Source of the DNA: Acidimicrobiia bacterium
GTDB taxonomy: Bacteria; Actinomycetota; Acidimicrobiia; Spongiisociales; ZC4RG35
NCBI GenBank assembly: GCA_963665765.1
Contig: OY762464.1
Span: 27,453-91,452 of the forward strand
Reading direction: 5' to 3'
DNA length: 64,000 bases
Shown here in pieces: positions 19,187 to 29,379 of the stretch (positions are counted from its first letter, which is position 1; each line of letters begins with the position of its first letter). Position numbers and translations under genes: made by a program. The notes below the pieces were generated by a model, which saw nothing but the letters and a program-made list of their open reading frames with translations, was not told the origin of the DNA and did not search any database.

Positions 19187-19834
19187 TCAGTTTGTGAAGC
19201 GTTCCGCTAGGACTGCGATCACTTCCGAGGGAGGGATTTTTCGTTCGGCGGTGAGCACCAGCAGGTGATAGAGGAGATCGGCCATCTCCTCGGCCACCCG
19301 GCGGTTGGGTTGTGTTCCGTGGGCGTGGTCCTTGGCGGCGATCAGCACCTCGGTGGCTTCTTCCACGACTTTGCGCCCGGTCAGGTTAGCCCCACCCTCC
19401 AGCAACCGGGTGGTATAGGAATCCGAAGGCCGATGGGCGGCTCGGGAATCGATCACCTCCCACAGCCTCTCCAACCACTGGAATCCCTGACCGCGAGGAC
19501 CGTCGTCGAAGCAGGTGACGGTGTGTCGGTGGCAGGCGGGTCCGGCGGGCTGGGCGGTGATGAGAAGGGTGTCGGAGTCACAGTCAGCTGCGATCTTCAT
19601 CACCTTCAGCAGGGAACCGCTGGTGGCGCCCTTTCGCCACAGTTCTTGGCGGGATCTCGACCAGAAGTGGACGTCACCGGTTTCCAAGGTGAGCGCGTAG
19701 GACTCCCGATTGAGATAGGCCACCATGAGAATCTGGCCGGTGCGGGCGTCCTGCACCACGCCGGGTATCAGACCGTCGGCGCCCCAGCGGAGCTCGTCGG
19801 GCAGGGGAGAGCCGTCGGCGGTGTCCCGGTTCAT
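19187..19834 (-). CDS. hisIE: Bifunctional phosphoribosyl-AMP cyclohydrolase / phosphoribosyl-ATP pyrophosphatase
   Basis: [40 protein letters not shown]. Confidence 0.95.
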   Translation of the reverse strand: MNRDTADGSPLPDELRWGADGLIPGVVQDARTGQILMVAYLNRESYALTLETGDVHFWSRSRQELWRKGATSGSLLKVMKIAADCDSDTLLITAQPAGPACHRHTVTCFDDGPRGQGFQWLERLWEVIDSRAAHRPSDSYTTRLLEGGANLTGRKVVEEATEVLIAAKDHAHGTQPNRRVAEEMADLLYHLLVLTAERKIPPSEVIAVLAERFTN

Positions 19835-20592
19835 GTCAGGCGCACCGGAACTCCGGCTTGGGCCATGGCTTGCTTGACCTCACTGATCTCGATCTCCCGG
19901 CGGTGGAAAATGGAAGCGGCCAGCACCGCCTGGGCACCTGCCTTCTGGCAGACCTCCACACAGTGTTGGGAGGTTCCCGCCCCCCCGGAGGCGATGACGG
20001 GGACTTGGACCGCCTCGGTGACCGCGGCGGTGAGTTCCAGGTCATAGCCTATCTTGGTTCCGTCCCGATCCATGGAAGTGAGCAGGATCTCCCCGGCGCC
20101 CAATTCGACTCCCCGCCGCGCCCACTCCACCGCATCCCAGCCCACCGGCTGCCGTCCTCCCACCACCACCACCTCGAATCCGCCCTGGGGAAGACGACGG
20201 GCGTCGATGGCCAGAACCACGCACTGACGTCCGAAGCGGCGGCGGCACTCCCGGAGAAGCTCGGGGCGGCGGACCGCGGCAGTGTTGATGCTCACCTTGT
20301 CGGCGCCGGACCGCAGGGCTGCCTTCATATCGGCGGGAGAGCGTATCCCCCCGCCCACAGTCAGGGGAACGAAAACCTCCGAGGCAGTGTGTCGGACCAC
20401 CTCCCACATGGTGGCCCGGTTCTCGGGGGCGGCGGCGATGTCCAAAAAGCAGATCTCGTCGGCGCCCTCGGCCGCGTAGCGAGCGGCCAGTTCGGTGGGA
20501 TCGCCCTCGTCGGTGAGGTTGACAAAGTTGACTCCTTTCACCACGCGACCGGCCGCTACGTCCAAACAGGGGATGATCCTCTTGCGAAGCAT
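19831..20592 (-). CDS. hisF: Imidazole glycerol phosphate synthase cyclase subunit
   Basis: [32 protein letters not shown]. Confidence 0.97.
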   Translation of the reverse strand: MLRKRIIPCLDVAAGRVVKGVNFVNLTDEGDPTELAARYAAEGADEICFLDIAAAPENRATMWEVVRHTASEVFVPLTVGGGIRSPADMKAALRSGADKVSINTAAVRRPELLRECRRRFGRQCVVLAIDARRLPQGGFEVVVVGGRQPVGWDAVEWARRGVELGAGEILLTSMDRDGTKIGYDLELTAAVTEAVQVPVIASGGAGTSQHCVEVCQKAGAQAVLAASIFHRREIEISEVKQAMAQAGVPVRLT

Positions 20593-21224
20593 CAGGTTCC
20601 GCCGTCCGACTGTCGGTCCGCCCAAGTCCGGCAGTCGGACAGGAAGTTGGACAGCACCCGGAGCCCGTTGGCGCCGGAACGTTCGGGGTGAAACTGGACG
20701 CCCACCCGATGGCCGTCCCGGACGGCCACGCAGAACCGGCGGCCATATTCGGTTTCGGCGGTGATCAGCCGACGGTTGGCGGGGTGCGGCGCGTAGGAGT
20801 GCACGAAATAAAAGGTGGGTTGGGCGGGAAGACCTTGCCACAGTGGGTCGTCGGTGGCGATCAGGAGATCGTTCCATCCGATGTGCGGGAGTCTGGGTGT
20901 CTCCCGCAGTCGCTCCACCCGGCCATCCATCAGCCCCAGACAGGTGCTGTCATCCTCCGAACTACCTTCGAAAAAGAGTTGCAGCCCTACACAGATCCCC
21001 AAGAGGGGTCCCGGCCAATCCGTCAGGGAGGAAACGAATCCGACTTCGTGCAGTTGCTCCATGGCCGCGCCGGTGGTACCCACTCCGGGGAGCACCACTC
21101 CGTCGGCAGCTTCGATCTGTGCGGGGTGAGACGCCAAGATGGTCTCCGCGCCCACCCGTTGCAGGCCCTGAGTGATGGAGACCAGGTTTCCGGCGCCGTG
21201 ATCCACCACCGCGACGGTGGTCAA
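20592..21224 (-). CDS. hisH: Imidazole glycerol phosphate synthase glutaminase subunit
   Basis: GICVGLQ, PHIGWN, YFVHSY, QFHPERS. Confidence 0.96.
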   Translation of the reverse strand: MTTVAVVDHGAGNLVSITQGLQRVGAETILASHPAQIEAADGVVLPGVGTTGAAMEQLHEVGFVSSLTDWPGPLLGICVGLQLFFEGSSEDDSTCLGLMDGRVERLRETPRLPHIGWNDLLIATDDPLWQGLPAQPTFYFVHSYAPHPANRRLITAETEYGRRFCVAVRDGHRVGVQFHPERSGANGLRVLSNFLSDCRTWADRQSDGGT

Positions 21225-21817
21225 CTTATCCCTTTGGTGGAGGCCACTCCCACTCGTCCGGGGTCGCGTCCCACGGCTTGGCGCAACGCCCGGGCCAGAG
21301 CTTTGATGGCCGCTTCCGCCTGGTGATGATCATTGATGCCTTTCGAGCTCAAGTGGAGGGTGATACCGGCCGTTCGGGCCATTGCCTCCAACGCGTGAGG
21401 GAGATTCTGGGTGGTGAGATTGCCGACCGAGGGGTTCTGCAGGGGAAGATCGATCACCGCGTAGGGGCGACCTCCCACGTCCACCGCCGCCGTACCCAGA
21501 GCCTCGTCCATGGGAACCCGGGCATCTCCGAACCGGTTGATGCCCGCCCGGTCGCCCAAGGCCTCGGCCAGGGCGGCGCCGAGCACCAGGGCGGTGTCTT
21601 CCACAGTGTGATGGTCGTCGATGATCAGATCGCCGACGGTGGTGACCTTCAGATCGAACAGGGCGTGGTGAGCGAGAGAGGTGAGCAGGTGATCGAAAAA
21701 CCCTACCCCGGTGGCTACCTCGGCCTGTCCCGACCCGTCCAGATCCAAGCTGACCTCGACCGAGGTCTCCCGGGTGTTTCTGGTGATGTGTGCGGTTCTG
21801 TTCGACATATCCGTCAT
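21221..21817 (-). CDS. hisB: Imidazoleglycerol-phosphate dehydratase
   Basis: RNTRET, DDHHTVED, PMDEAL, NDHHQAE. Confidence 0.96.
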   Translation of the reverse strand: MTDMSNRTAHITRNTRETSVEVSLDLDGSGQAEVATGVGFFDHLLTSLAHHALFDLKVTTVGDLIIDDHHTVEDTALVLGAALAEALGDRAGINRFGDARVPMDEALGTAAVDVGGRPYAVIDLPLQNPSVGNLTTQNLPHALEAMARTAGITLHLSSKGINDHHQAEAAIKALARALRQAVGRDPGRVGVASTKGIS

Positions 21818-23118
21818 GCTCCTTCTGCACTGAACCTTATTTCGGCGGCCCGTCGGTGGGCCGTGAACCCTTCTGCATCGGCCAGACAGGTGATGATCGG
21901 AAGGATCCCGGCCAGGCCCGCGCGGGTGAGGCGCTGCTCTTGCCTCCAGGAACCGAAGTCCTCCACCCCCAGCGGGCCGTAGCAGGCGGCCAGGCCGCCG
22001 GTGGGAAGCACGTGGTTGGCGCCGGTGGCATAGTCTCCCGCCGATTCGGCCGACCAACGTCCCACGTAGACCGACCCGGCGGCGGTGATGGCGTGAGAGT
22101 GGGGGTCGGGGTCGGCGGTGAGTATGGAGACGTGTTCGGCGGCGTATCCGTTGGCGAACCTGATCGCCTGCTCCATGTCGGCGGCGAGCACTGTCATTCC
22201 ATGATTGGCCAGGGCCTCGGCCAGGATGGGGCGACGTTCCAAGGTGGCGAGTTGGTGTTGCAGAGCGGCTTCCACCCGGACCGGGAGTTCGGGGTCGGTG
22301 GTGACCAGCACGGCCGGTGAGTCCGGCCCGTGTTCGGCTTGACACAACAAATCGGCGGCCACCAGCCGGGGATCGGCGGTGTGGTCGGCCAGCACCAGAA
22401 CCTCCGACGGCCCGGCGGGCAGATCTATCCCGCAGTCCCCGAAAACGGCCAGTTTGGCGGCGGTAACCCACTGGCTGCCGGGGCCTACAATCTTCTCCAC
22501 TCGTTCGACCTGCTCGGTTCCATAGGCGAAGGCGGCGATGGCGCCGACGCCGCCCATCGCCCAAACTTCGTCGGCGCCGGCCACCAGACAGGCGGCCAGG
22601 GTCGCCGGGTTTACCGTCCCATCGGGGCCCGCGGGGGTGGCCACCGCCACCTCCGCCACTCCGGCCACCTTGGCGGGGGTGACCGTCATCAGGGCGGTGG
22701 ACGGGTAGGCTGCCTGACCGCCGGGGAGGTAAGCGCCCACTCGCCGCAACGGCGACCAGCGGCGAGTGATGGAAACTCCGGGGACGGTCTCCGTGCTGGT
22801 GTCAGTGGGGATCTGGCGGCGGTGAAAATCGGCTATGTGGCAACGGGCTCTTTCCAGGGCGTCCACCACCTCCGGCATCCGGCGGGCGGCAGCTTCCAGT
22901 TCTGACCGGGGAATCCGAAAGTACCCTCCGCCGTGGCGATCCGCCAGTTGCTTCATGGCCCGGTCGCCGTCTTTTGCCACTTGCTCGCAGAGCTCCCGGG
23001 CGATCTTGCGCACCCCGGGATCAGGAACCGCGGTCCGGCGGCACAGCCGGGCCTTCTCCGGCTCGGTCAGATCATCAAGCCGCACCTGCCGGAGGCGTGG
23101 GTGGGAAATGCCGATCAT
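21814..23118 (-). CDS. hisD: Histidinol dehydrogenase
   Basis: YPSTALM, GPSEVL, QAEH, GDYATGANHVLPT. Confidence 0.96.
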   Translation of the reverse strand: MIGISHPRLRQVRLDDLTEPEKARLCRRTAVPDPGVRKIARELCEQVAKDGDRAMKQLADRHGGGYFRIPRSELEAAARRMPEVVDALERARCHIADFHRRQIPTDTSTETVPGVSITRRWSPLRRVGAYLPGGQAAYPSTALMTVTPAKVAGVAEVAVATPAGPDGTVNPATLAACLVAGADEVWAMGGVGAIAAFAYGTEQVERVEKIVGPGSQWVTAAKLAVFGDCGIDLPAGPSEVLVLADHTADPRLVAADLLCQAEHGPDSPAVLVTTDPELPVRVEAALQHQLATLERRPILAEALANHGMTVLAADMEQAIRFANGYAAEHVSILTADPDPHSHAITAAGSVYVGRWSAESAGDYATGANHVLPTGGLAACYGPLGVEDFGSWRQEQRLTRAGLAGILPIITCLADAEGFTAHRRAAEIRFSAEGA

Positions 23119-23978
23119 GGGATCAATTGTCCGATGTCAAGCACCAGGATCCCTCGGGCGCCGGCTTCCTCCAGACGGGGGAGAAGTTCCCACAGGTCGG
23201 AGGCGTCCACCACCGAATGCACCGCCACCATATTCTCTTCGGCCAGGGGAACCACGGTGGGCGCCGAGAGGCCGGGGATTATTCGGCTTATCCGATCGGT
23301 GTTGTCCGAAGAGGTGTTGAGCAGCACGTAGCGCTTTCGTCGTCCGGCGGTGACCGCTCCCACCGCGGTGATCAGCTGCCTGACCAAGGGATGGTGTTCC
23401 GCCTCGGGGAGGCCGGCCAGAACCGCCTGGGATTGAAGCAGCACCCCAATTTCCCGCAGGCCGTTGAGTTGGAGAGTGGACCCGGTCGAGACCAGATCGA
23501 CCACCGCATCGGCCATGGCTATTTTGGTAGCCGCCTCCACCGACCCCTTAAGGGTCACCACTTGGGCGGGGATAGAGTTTTCGGCCAGAAAGCGGGTGGT
23601 GGTGCGGGGATGGGAGGTAGCAACCCGTAGTCCTTTCAGCTCGGCCACCGAGCGGATGGGCGAGGCGTTGGGGACGGCGGCGGCCAGCCGGCAGAACCCA
23701 TAATCCAGTTCGGCCAGACCCCGAAGGTTCGAAACTCCGTTGGCCTCCTCCATGAGGTCGAGTCCGGTGATACCCACGTCGGCCACGCCTTCGATCAGCA
23801 TCCCCGGGATATCCTCGGTGCGGACCAGCACCAGATTCACATCCACATTGCGAACCCGCAGGGACAGCACCCGATCGGTTACCTCAAAGGACATCCCGGC
23901 CCTTTTTAGCAGCCGAAGGGACGGTTCCCGCAGCCGCCCCTTGTTGGGAACAGCCAAGGTGAGCGCGGCCTGGCTCAC
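23115..23978 (-). CDS. hisG: ATP phosphoribosyltransferase, long form
   Basis: AVPNKGRL, GSVE, DLVSTGSTL; C-terminal regulatory domain. Confidence 0.95.
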   Translation of the reverse strand: MSQAALTLAVPNKGRLREPSLRLLKRAGMSFEVTDRVLSLRVRNVDVNLVLVRTEDIPGMLIEGVADVGITGLDLMEEANGVSNLRGLAELDYGFCRLAAAVPNASPIRSVAELKGLRVATSHPRTTTRFLAENSIPAQVVTLKGSVEAATKIAMADAVVDLVSTGSTLQLNGLREIGVLLQSQAVLAGLPEAEHHPLVRQLITAVGAVTAGRRKRYVLLNTSSDNTDRISRIIPGLSAPTVVPLAEENMVAVHSVVDASDLWELLPRLEEAGARGILVLDIGQLIP

Positions 23979-24292
23979 GGGGTAGCCGCCGGTTCCGGGT
24001 CTATCCCGATTCGGGACAGCGCCAAGCGATAGCCACCCGTGCCGTGGCGCAGCCAATGGTTGATGCGGGTGATGGTGGCGGTGGCTGCCCCGGTGACCGC
24101 TGAGATCTCCCGGTAGGAGAGGCCCCGGTTCAGCTGGCGCACCACCGCCCAGCGCTGGCTCAGGTCGGCCAGTTCTTTGACGGTGCACAGATCCCGGAAA
24201 AAAAGCGCCGCCTCTTCGGTGTTTTTCAGCGAGAGCACCGCGGCGAAAAGTTCGCTCGTGTCCTGGTCCTCCCAGGTTGTGTCGAAGGTCAT
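23975..24292 (-). CDS. YerC/YecD TrpR-like repressor (putative HisR)
   Basis: FFRDLCTVKEL..QRW..SYREI...ATITRIN..GGY. Confidence 0.88.
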   Translation of the reverse strand: MTFDTTWEDQDTSELFAAVLSLKNTEEAALFFRDLCTVKELADLSQRWAVVRQLNRGLSYREISAVTGAATATITRINHWLRHGTGGYRLALSRIGIDPEPAATP

Positions 24293-24331
24293 CTATGATC
24301 CCGGAGTCGTCTGGATTTCTTTACGGTTGGT

Positions 24332-24351
24332 TGTATTATCATGCTAGCACA
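24332..24351. promoter_or_regulatory. TrpR-type operator between his operon and hisA
   Basis: TGTATTATCATGCTAGCACA imperfect palindrome, 13/20 to TGTACTAGTTAACTAGTACA. Confidence 0.6.
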
Positions 24352-24419
24352 ATGACACGATATCACAAACCCGGAAAAATGACCACGCTTTCCGCTTTGG
24401 CCGATGAAAGAGGCTTGCT

Positions 24420-25130
24420 TTGCAGGTGATCCCCGCAATCGACATCTTCGAGGGTCGCGTGGTGCGTCTTTTGCACGGCGATTATGGCCGGATAACCCGT
24501 TACTCCGAGGACCCGGTGGAAGTGGCGGGGCAATGGGTGTCCCAAGGCGCCGACCTGGTGCATGTGGTGGACCTCTCCGGGGCCCGTTCCGGCCACTCCG
24601 ACCGCCACATCTGGGACAACATGGCGCGGGCCGGAATCCCCTTTCAGGTGGGCGGGGGGATCCGCGACGCCGAGGTGGCCCGGGCGGCGCTTTCCGCCGG
24701 CGCCCGGCGGGTGGTGATGGGGACCGCCGCGGTATGGAACCCGAACATCCTGGGAGAGGTGGAGCGGATCGATCGGGTGGTGGCGGCCCTCGACATCCGG
24801 GCGGGACGGGCCAGGGGAGCGGGATGGCTGGATGAAGGTCTGGAGGTGGGAGCGGTGGTGGCCGGTCTGCGGGAAGCCGGCGTCGGGAGGCTGCTGGTGA
24901 CCGGAATCGAGCGGGATGGAGCGATGACCGGGCCGGACCTCAAGCTACTTGCCGAAGTGCTGGAAATGTCGGAGATGGCGGTGATCGCCTCTGGAGGGGT
25001 GGGCGAGTTGGCCGATTTGGAGTCGGTGGCGGATATGGGATGCGAAGCTGCCATTGTGGGGAGGGCGCTTTACGAGAAGCGCTTCACCTTGGCCGAAGCG
25101 ATCGCCGCCGTTCAGCCGTCCGATCTCTGA
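24420..25130 (+). CDS. hisA: ProFAR isomerase (HisA/PriA family)
   Basis: VIPAIDI..GRVVRL, HVVDL, QVGGGIR, RDGAMTGP, GRALY. Confidence 0.93.
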   Translation: MQVIPAIDIFEGRVVRLLHGDYGRITRYSEDPVEVAGQWVSQGADLVHVVDLSGARSGHSDRHIWDNMARAGIPFQVGGGIRDAEVARAALSAGARRVVMGTAAVWNPNILGEVERIDRVVAALDIRAGRARGAGWLDEGLEVGAVVAGLREAGVGRLLVTGIERDGAMTGPDLKLLAEVLEMSEMAVIASGGVGELADLESVADMGCEAAIVGRALYEKRFTLAEAIAAVQPSDL

Positions 25131-25930
25131 CGACGGGCCTCGAACAGGATCACGGCCGCCGCCGCCGCGGCGTTGAGCGAATCAACCGTACCTGACATAG
25201 GAATTCGCAATCGGTGATCGGCGCCCGACAACCATAGATCGGAGAGTCCGTGCTGCTCGGCCCCGATCACCAGGGCGGCGGCCCCCCGGAGGTCGGCCTC
25301 CCAGCACGGCCGTTTCGCCTCGGGGCCGGTGGCGATCACCGTTATGCGGTGGTCTCGGAGCCAGCGCCGCGCCTTGGGCCCGGTGGTCACCGCCACCGGA
25401 AGGGTGAAGAGCGACCCGAGCGAAGCGCGCACCACATTGGGATTGAAGACGTCGGTGGTGGAATCGGCTACCACCACGGCGTCTGCTCCGGCCGCTTCGG
25501 CGGTGCGGAGCATGGCGCCCAGATTGCCGGGCTTTTCCACCGATTCCACCACCAGCACCAGAGGGGAGGGGCCAAGTCGAAGGTCTGACAGCCGAAGCCG
25601 CGGCCGGCGTAGCACCGCCAAGAGGCCTTCGGGACTATCCCGATAGGAAACCTTGCGAAAAACCGGCGCCGACACCTCGATTTTTGCCACCTCTCCCTCC
25701 ACCTGGGCGAGCAGTTTTTCTTCGATTCCTCCTGCATACAAGGATGGACAGCAATAGATCGCCAGCCAATGGGACTGCCAACCAAGTGCTCTGCGCAACT
25801 CCGGGTATCCCTCCACCAGGAAAGCGTTCTCCCTCTCCCGCTCGCGCCGGGAACGCAATCTCACCAGCGCCTTCACCCGTCGGTTCTGAAGGGAGGTGAT
25901 CACTTCCTGGTCCGGTCCGCCCCCCGGCAT
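25112..25930 (-). CDS. TrmH-family RNA methyltransferase
   Basis: ITSLQNRRVK, EKPGNLGAMLR, IPMSG.DSLN. Confidence 0.9.
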   Translation of the reverse strand: MPGGGPDQEVITSLQNRRVKALVRLRSRRERERENAFLVEGYPELRRALGWQSHWLAIYCCPSLYAGGIEEKLLAQVEGEVAKIEVSAPVFRKVSYRDSPEGLLAVLRRPRLRLSDLRLGPSPLVLVVESVEKPGNLGAMLRTAEAAGADAVVVADSTTDVFNPNVVRASLGSLFTLPVAVTTGPKARRWLRDHRITVIATGPEAKRPCWEADLRGAAALVIGAEQHGLSDLWLSGADHRLRIPMSGTVDSLNAAAAAAVILFEARRQRSDG

Positions 25931-26916
25931 CAGGATGATTTCTTCCCGGTCCGCCGTCCTGTCCGGTCCCAAGATTCCCGAATGCCCACCAGGATCAGCA
26001 CTGCCCACAGGCAGGCGGCGGGTTCGACGGCCCGGAGCAGGGCGCCATCCGACTCCGACGCCCAGGCAACGATCACCAAAGCCGCCATCAACAACCGGGC
26101 CATCCACACCCGTTCGGAAGAGATCAGATGGGGGACGCGGTCGGTGGAAGAAGCCACTTCGGGCCTCATGAAGCCCAGGGCCACGCCAAAAGCCAGGCCG
26201 CCCACCAGCAGTCCGTACATCCACCACGGACCGCCTCCCCAATTGCCATGGGTTATTTCCCGGACCACCGTCCCCAGCGCGGGAATCCCGGCAGTCAAGA
26301 GTGTCAAGCGCAATCTCTTGTATAGGTCGAGCTTGGCGTAGCACAGCACCAGGCCGGCTGCGGCCACGGCGGCCACCTGCGCCCACCACCAATGGTCAGC
26401 CTCGCCTAAGAGCAGATAGACAATCGTGCCTCCCAGGGCGACGCCTCCGGCGACGAAACGGTGCGCGGACGGAGCGTGCGGAGGGGTCAGGGTATCGAGG
26501 AACAGAGCGGCGGCCATGGCCACTGCGGCCCACCAGCCGGTCGGGGTGACCGCCAAAACCATGGCTAAGGCGCCCAGGACCCCCGCTTCCCAGCGGGCCG
26601 GGGACAGGCCGCTGCTTCCCACCATGACTTTGGCCACCAACAGCACCACCAGCAACACCCCGACATCGGGCTGAAGCGCCCAGGCCAAAGACCCTCCCGC
26701 CAAGGCCGCCAGGTTGGCCGAGAGGGGGTGGTCGGGGTCGAGTTCCCGGGACAAAGCCCAGGAGAGATAGGCGACCAGCCCAGACTGGACCGCTTCGGGC
26801 CATCCTCCCCAAAAGTACCCCGCCCCGCCAAAGGCGAACAGCGAGCCCAGCGCCCACCGGTCGGTGAACTGCTCAAGGTCCAGTGGTCGAGTGACGCTCA
26901 CTCTGAAGGAGGGCAT
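25930..26916 (-). CDS. Hypothetical polytopic membrane protein
   Basis: Many hydrophobic helices; WALSRELDPD; translationally coupled to both neighbours. Confidence 0.65.
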   Translation of the reverse strand: MPSFRVSVTRPLDLEQFTDRWALGSLFAFGGAGYFWGGWPEAVQSGLVAYLSWALSRELDPDHPLSANLAALAGGSLAWALQPDVGVLLVVLLVAKVMVGSSGLSPARWEAGVLGALAMVLAVTPTGWWAAVAMAAALFLDTLTPPHAPSAHRFVAGGVALGGTIVYLLLGEADHWWWAQVAAVAAAGLVLCYAKLDLYKRLRLTLLTAGIPALGTVVREITHGNWGGGPWWMYGLLVGGLAFGVALGFMRPEVASSTDRVPHLISSERVWMARLLMAALVIVAWASESDGALLRAVEPAACLWAVLILVGIRESWDRTGRRTGKKSS

Positions 26917-28034
26917 CAGGCGAATCGGGCCGGGCTGAGCACCGCCGGGTCCAGGCCGTGGTCCACCAGCCGGGGGGGCGCCTGCGAATCCAGCAGCAAA
27001 GAGGCTGTCAACTCACCGGCGCCCGGGGCGGTCTGGATGCCGGTTCCGCCCTGTCCCACCAGCCAGAAAAACCCTTCGGCGCCCGGGTCGAATCCGATCA
27101 CCATCTCCCGGTCGGGAGCGAAGGTGCGTAGCCCCGTCCACGAAGAACGCACCGAGCGGATCCCCAGGGTGGTGGCCTGGTTGATGCGTTCGATCGCCAG
27201 GGCGATGTCGAGTGGCTCGGGTCGGGCGTCACAAGGAGGAGAGGGTTTCTCTTCGGAGAGCGAGCACAGCAGTTGGAGGCCGTCCGGTTTGAAATACCAC
27301 TCCATCTCCACGTTGGCCACCAGGGGCCAGTCCTGGTATTCCTCGGCTCCCGGCGCCATGAAAATCGTGCGTCGCAAGGGAGTGATTCCCACCGGCTTGA
27401 CCCCCGCCATCCGGGCGATCTCGTCGCCCCACGCCCCGGCCGCGTTCACCACCATTGCCACGCACAGGGTCTCCTCCCCGGCTCTCAGTTTCCAGCCGCC
27501 CGAGGTCTTCTCCAGGGCGGTCACCGGAGCGGATAGGCGAATTTCGGCGCCTCGTCCTCGGGCGCCCCGCACGAAGGCCTGATGGATGGCCGCCACGTCC
27601 ATGTCGGCCGCCTCCGGCTCCCAAACGGCTGCTTCCAGGTGATCCTCTCGGAGGACGGGACATATCTCTTGGGCCTGTTCGGGATCAAGCCATTCCACGG
27701 CGGTTCCCGATTCCCGGGCGGCTGTCTCCCACTTCTCCAAGGACGCGATCTGATCGGCGCGGCCCACCAGCATCCCGCCCCGCTTGGACAGCAAGGGGAA
27801 ATCGGCCAGACCCGGGGGAGGGTGGTCGAAGAAGCTCCGGCCGGCCAGAGTCAGAGGACGGATCCCGGGGGAACCGTATGATTCGAAGAGCAGTGCGGCG
27901 GATCGCCCGGTGGTGTGATAGGCCAGGGTGGATTCGGCTTCGACCAGCACCACCTCGGCTCTTTGGGAGAGATGGAAGGCCGCGGACACTCCGGCGATCC
28001 CGCCTCCCACCACCGCCACCCGCAGGGGTTTCAC
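26916..28034 (-). CDS. FAD-dependent oxidoreductase (D-amino acid dehydrogenase/DauA-like)
   Basis: GGGIAG, HTTGRSAA, GLRTFAPD, GQGGTGIQ. Confidence 0.88.
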   Translation of the reverse strand: MKPLRVAVVGGGIAGVSAAFHLSQRAEVVLVEAESTLAYHTTGRSAALLFESYGSPGIRPLTLAGRSFFDHPPPGLADFPLLSKRGGMLVGRADQIASLEKWETAARESGTAVEWLDPEQAQEICPVLREDHLEAAVWEPEAADMDVAAIHQAFVRGARGRGAEIRLSAPVTALEKTSGGWKLRAGEETLCVAMVVNAAGAWGDEIARMAGVKPVGITPLRRTIFMAPGAEEYQDWPLVANVEMEWYFKPDGLQLLCSLSEEKPSPPCDARPEPLDIALAIERINQATTLGIRSVRSSWTGLRTFAPDREMVIGFDPGAEGFFWLVGQGGTGIQTAPGAGELTASLLLDSQAPPRLVDHGLDPAVLSPARFA

Positions 28035-28043
28035 GGGCCTTCT

Positions 28044-28529
28044 CTACAGGTAGAGACCGGTGGCCGGCCGATCCTCCGGCTCGGGTTGGCCTGCCGTCAG
28101 TTTGGCGCGTTGAGCGGCGGCAGCCTGGGCAACCATCTGCTTGGTGACCAGGCTGGCCTGGATTCCCTGGAAAAGACCTTCCAACCATCCGATCAACTGG
28201 GCCTGGGCGATCCGCACCTCCGAGGAAGTGGGAGGGTCCTCTCCCAATAGAGGATCGAACATGCGGTCGAACTCCGTAAGGAGTTGCTCCCCCAAGACAT
28301 CGCGCAGTTCATGCAGGGAACGATCGTGAATCCGGGAGATCAGTTCCCTTCCCGACTCGTCGGGAGTGGCGGTCCGCACTTCCTCCAGAATCGATCGGGT
28401 CATGGTGGCGATCCTGATCAACTTGGCCGGCTCGGTGACCTCGACGCCGTCACCGGAAGCGCCGTCATCCCCCGAACCCGACGGAAGCTCCTCCACCAGA
28501 TCGGGACGCAAAGTTTGTTCAGAACTCAT
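28044..28529 (-). CDS. bpa: Bacterial proteasome activator Bpa/PafE
   Basis: PAKLIRI, RIAQAQLIGWLEGLFQGIQ, C-terminal GLYL (HbYX). Confidence 0.92.
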   Translation of the reverse strand: MSSEQTLRPDLVEELPSGSGDDGASGDGVEVTEPAKLIRIATMTRSILEEVRTATPDESGRELISRIHDRSLHELRDVLGEQLLTEFDRMFDPLLGEDPPTSSEVRIAQAQLIGWLEGLFQGIQASLVTKQMVAQAAAAQRAKLTAGQPEPEDRPATGLYL

Positions 28530-28578
28530 CAGATGTCAGATTACCTCCATCATGCATGCTCGGGGTCCCGGCCCCGCC

Positions 28579-29271
28579 TTACACCGGCACCTCGGCGCCG
28601 TTCAGGAGCCGGGCTTCCTCGGTGAGCAGGAATTCAACTACTCTCGCCACGTCGTCGGGAGTGGGCCAGAGAGTGTGGTCGGCATCGGGCATGGCTTGGC
28701 GGGCGACCGGGGTGTCGATCACCGAGGGCACCAGCACCGACACGGAGACGCGGCTCTTGGCAAGCTCGGCGGCCAAAGTGCGGCCCAGCGCCACCACTCC
28801 CGCCTTGGCGATGTTGAACGCCGCTTGACCCGGGGGCGTGTTGAAGGCGGCTCGGCTGGCGGACAGCACCACCCTGGCCCAATCGGCGCGATGCAGGTGG
28901 GGGAGGGCGGCCCGCACGGTGGTGAAGGTCGAGCGAAGGTTGGAGTCGAGCATTCGATCCAAGCGAAGATCGGAAGTCTCCTCGATGGTTCTTCCTCCCG
29001 CCCAGTTGCCGGCCAGGCAGGCCAGCCCCCCGACATTGCCCCATCCCTCCTGCAATTCTGCGAAGAACTCCGCCACGGCGTGGGCGTCGGTGGCATCCAA
29101 TCTGCGCAGCATTATCCGGTCGTGGTGGGTGCCGAACCGGTCCTCGAAAGCGGCCGCCTCCGCCGGTTTGAGATAGGTGACCCCCAGCCGCACCTGCTGG
29201 TCGCGCAACAACCGGGCGGCAAGGGCTTTCCCCAGCCACCCGGTCCCCCCGGTTATCACCACCGTTCTCAT
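28579..29271 (-). CDS. SDR oxidoreductase with atypical FxxxK active site
   Basis: TGGTGWLG, PSVIDTP; FNIAK in place of YxxxK. Confidence 0.82.
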   Translation of the reverse strand: MRTVVITGGTGWLGKALAARLLRDQQVRLGVTYLKPAEAAAFEDRFGTHHDRIMLRRLDATDAHAVAEFFAELQEGWGNVGGLACLAGNWAGGRTIEETSDLRLDRMLDSNLRSTFTTVRAALPHLHRADWARVVLSASRAAFNTPPGQAAFNIAKAGVVALGRTLAAELAKSRVSVSVLVPSVIDTPVARQAMPDADHTLWPTPDDVARVVEFLLTEEARLLNGAEVPV

Positions 29272-29379
29272 AGGCCCGATTCTGGCAGACTGCGGTTACG
29301 ATCGGCGCCTTTTTGCCGGTTGGCTCAAGGGGTCAACCCACCCCGGCCGGCGCTTGGATTGGTCTAGTCTCGGTGATCG

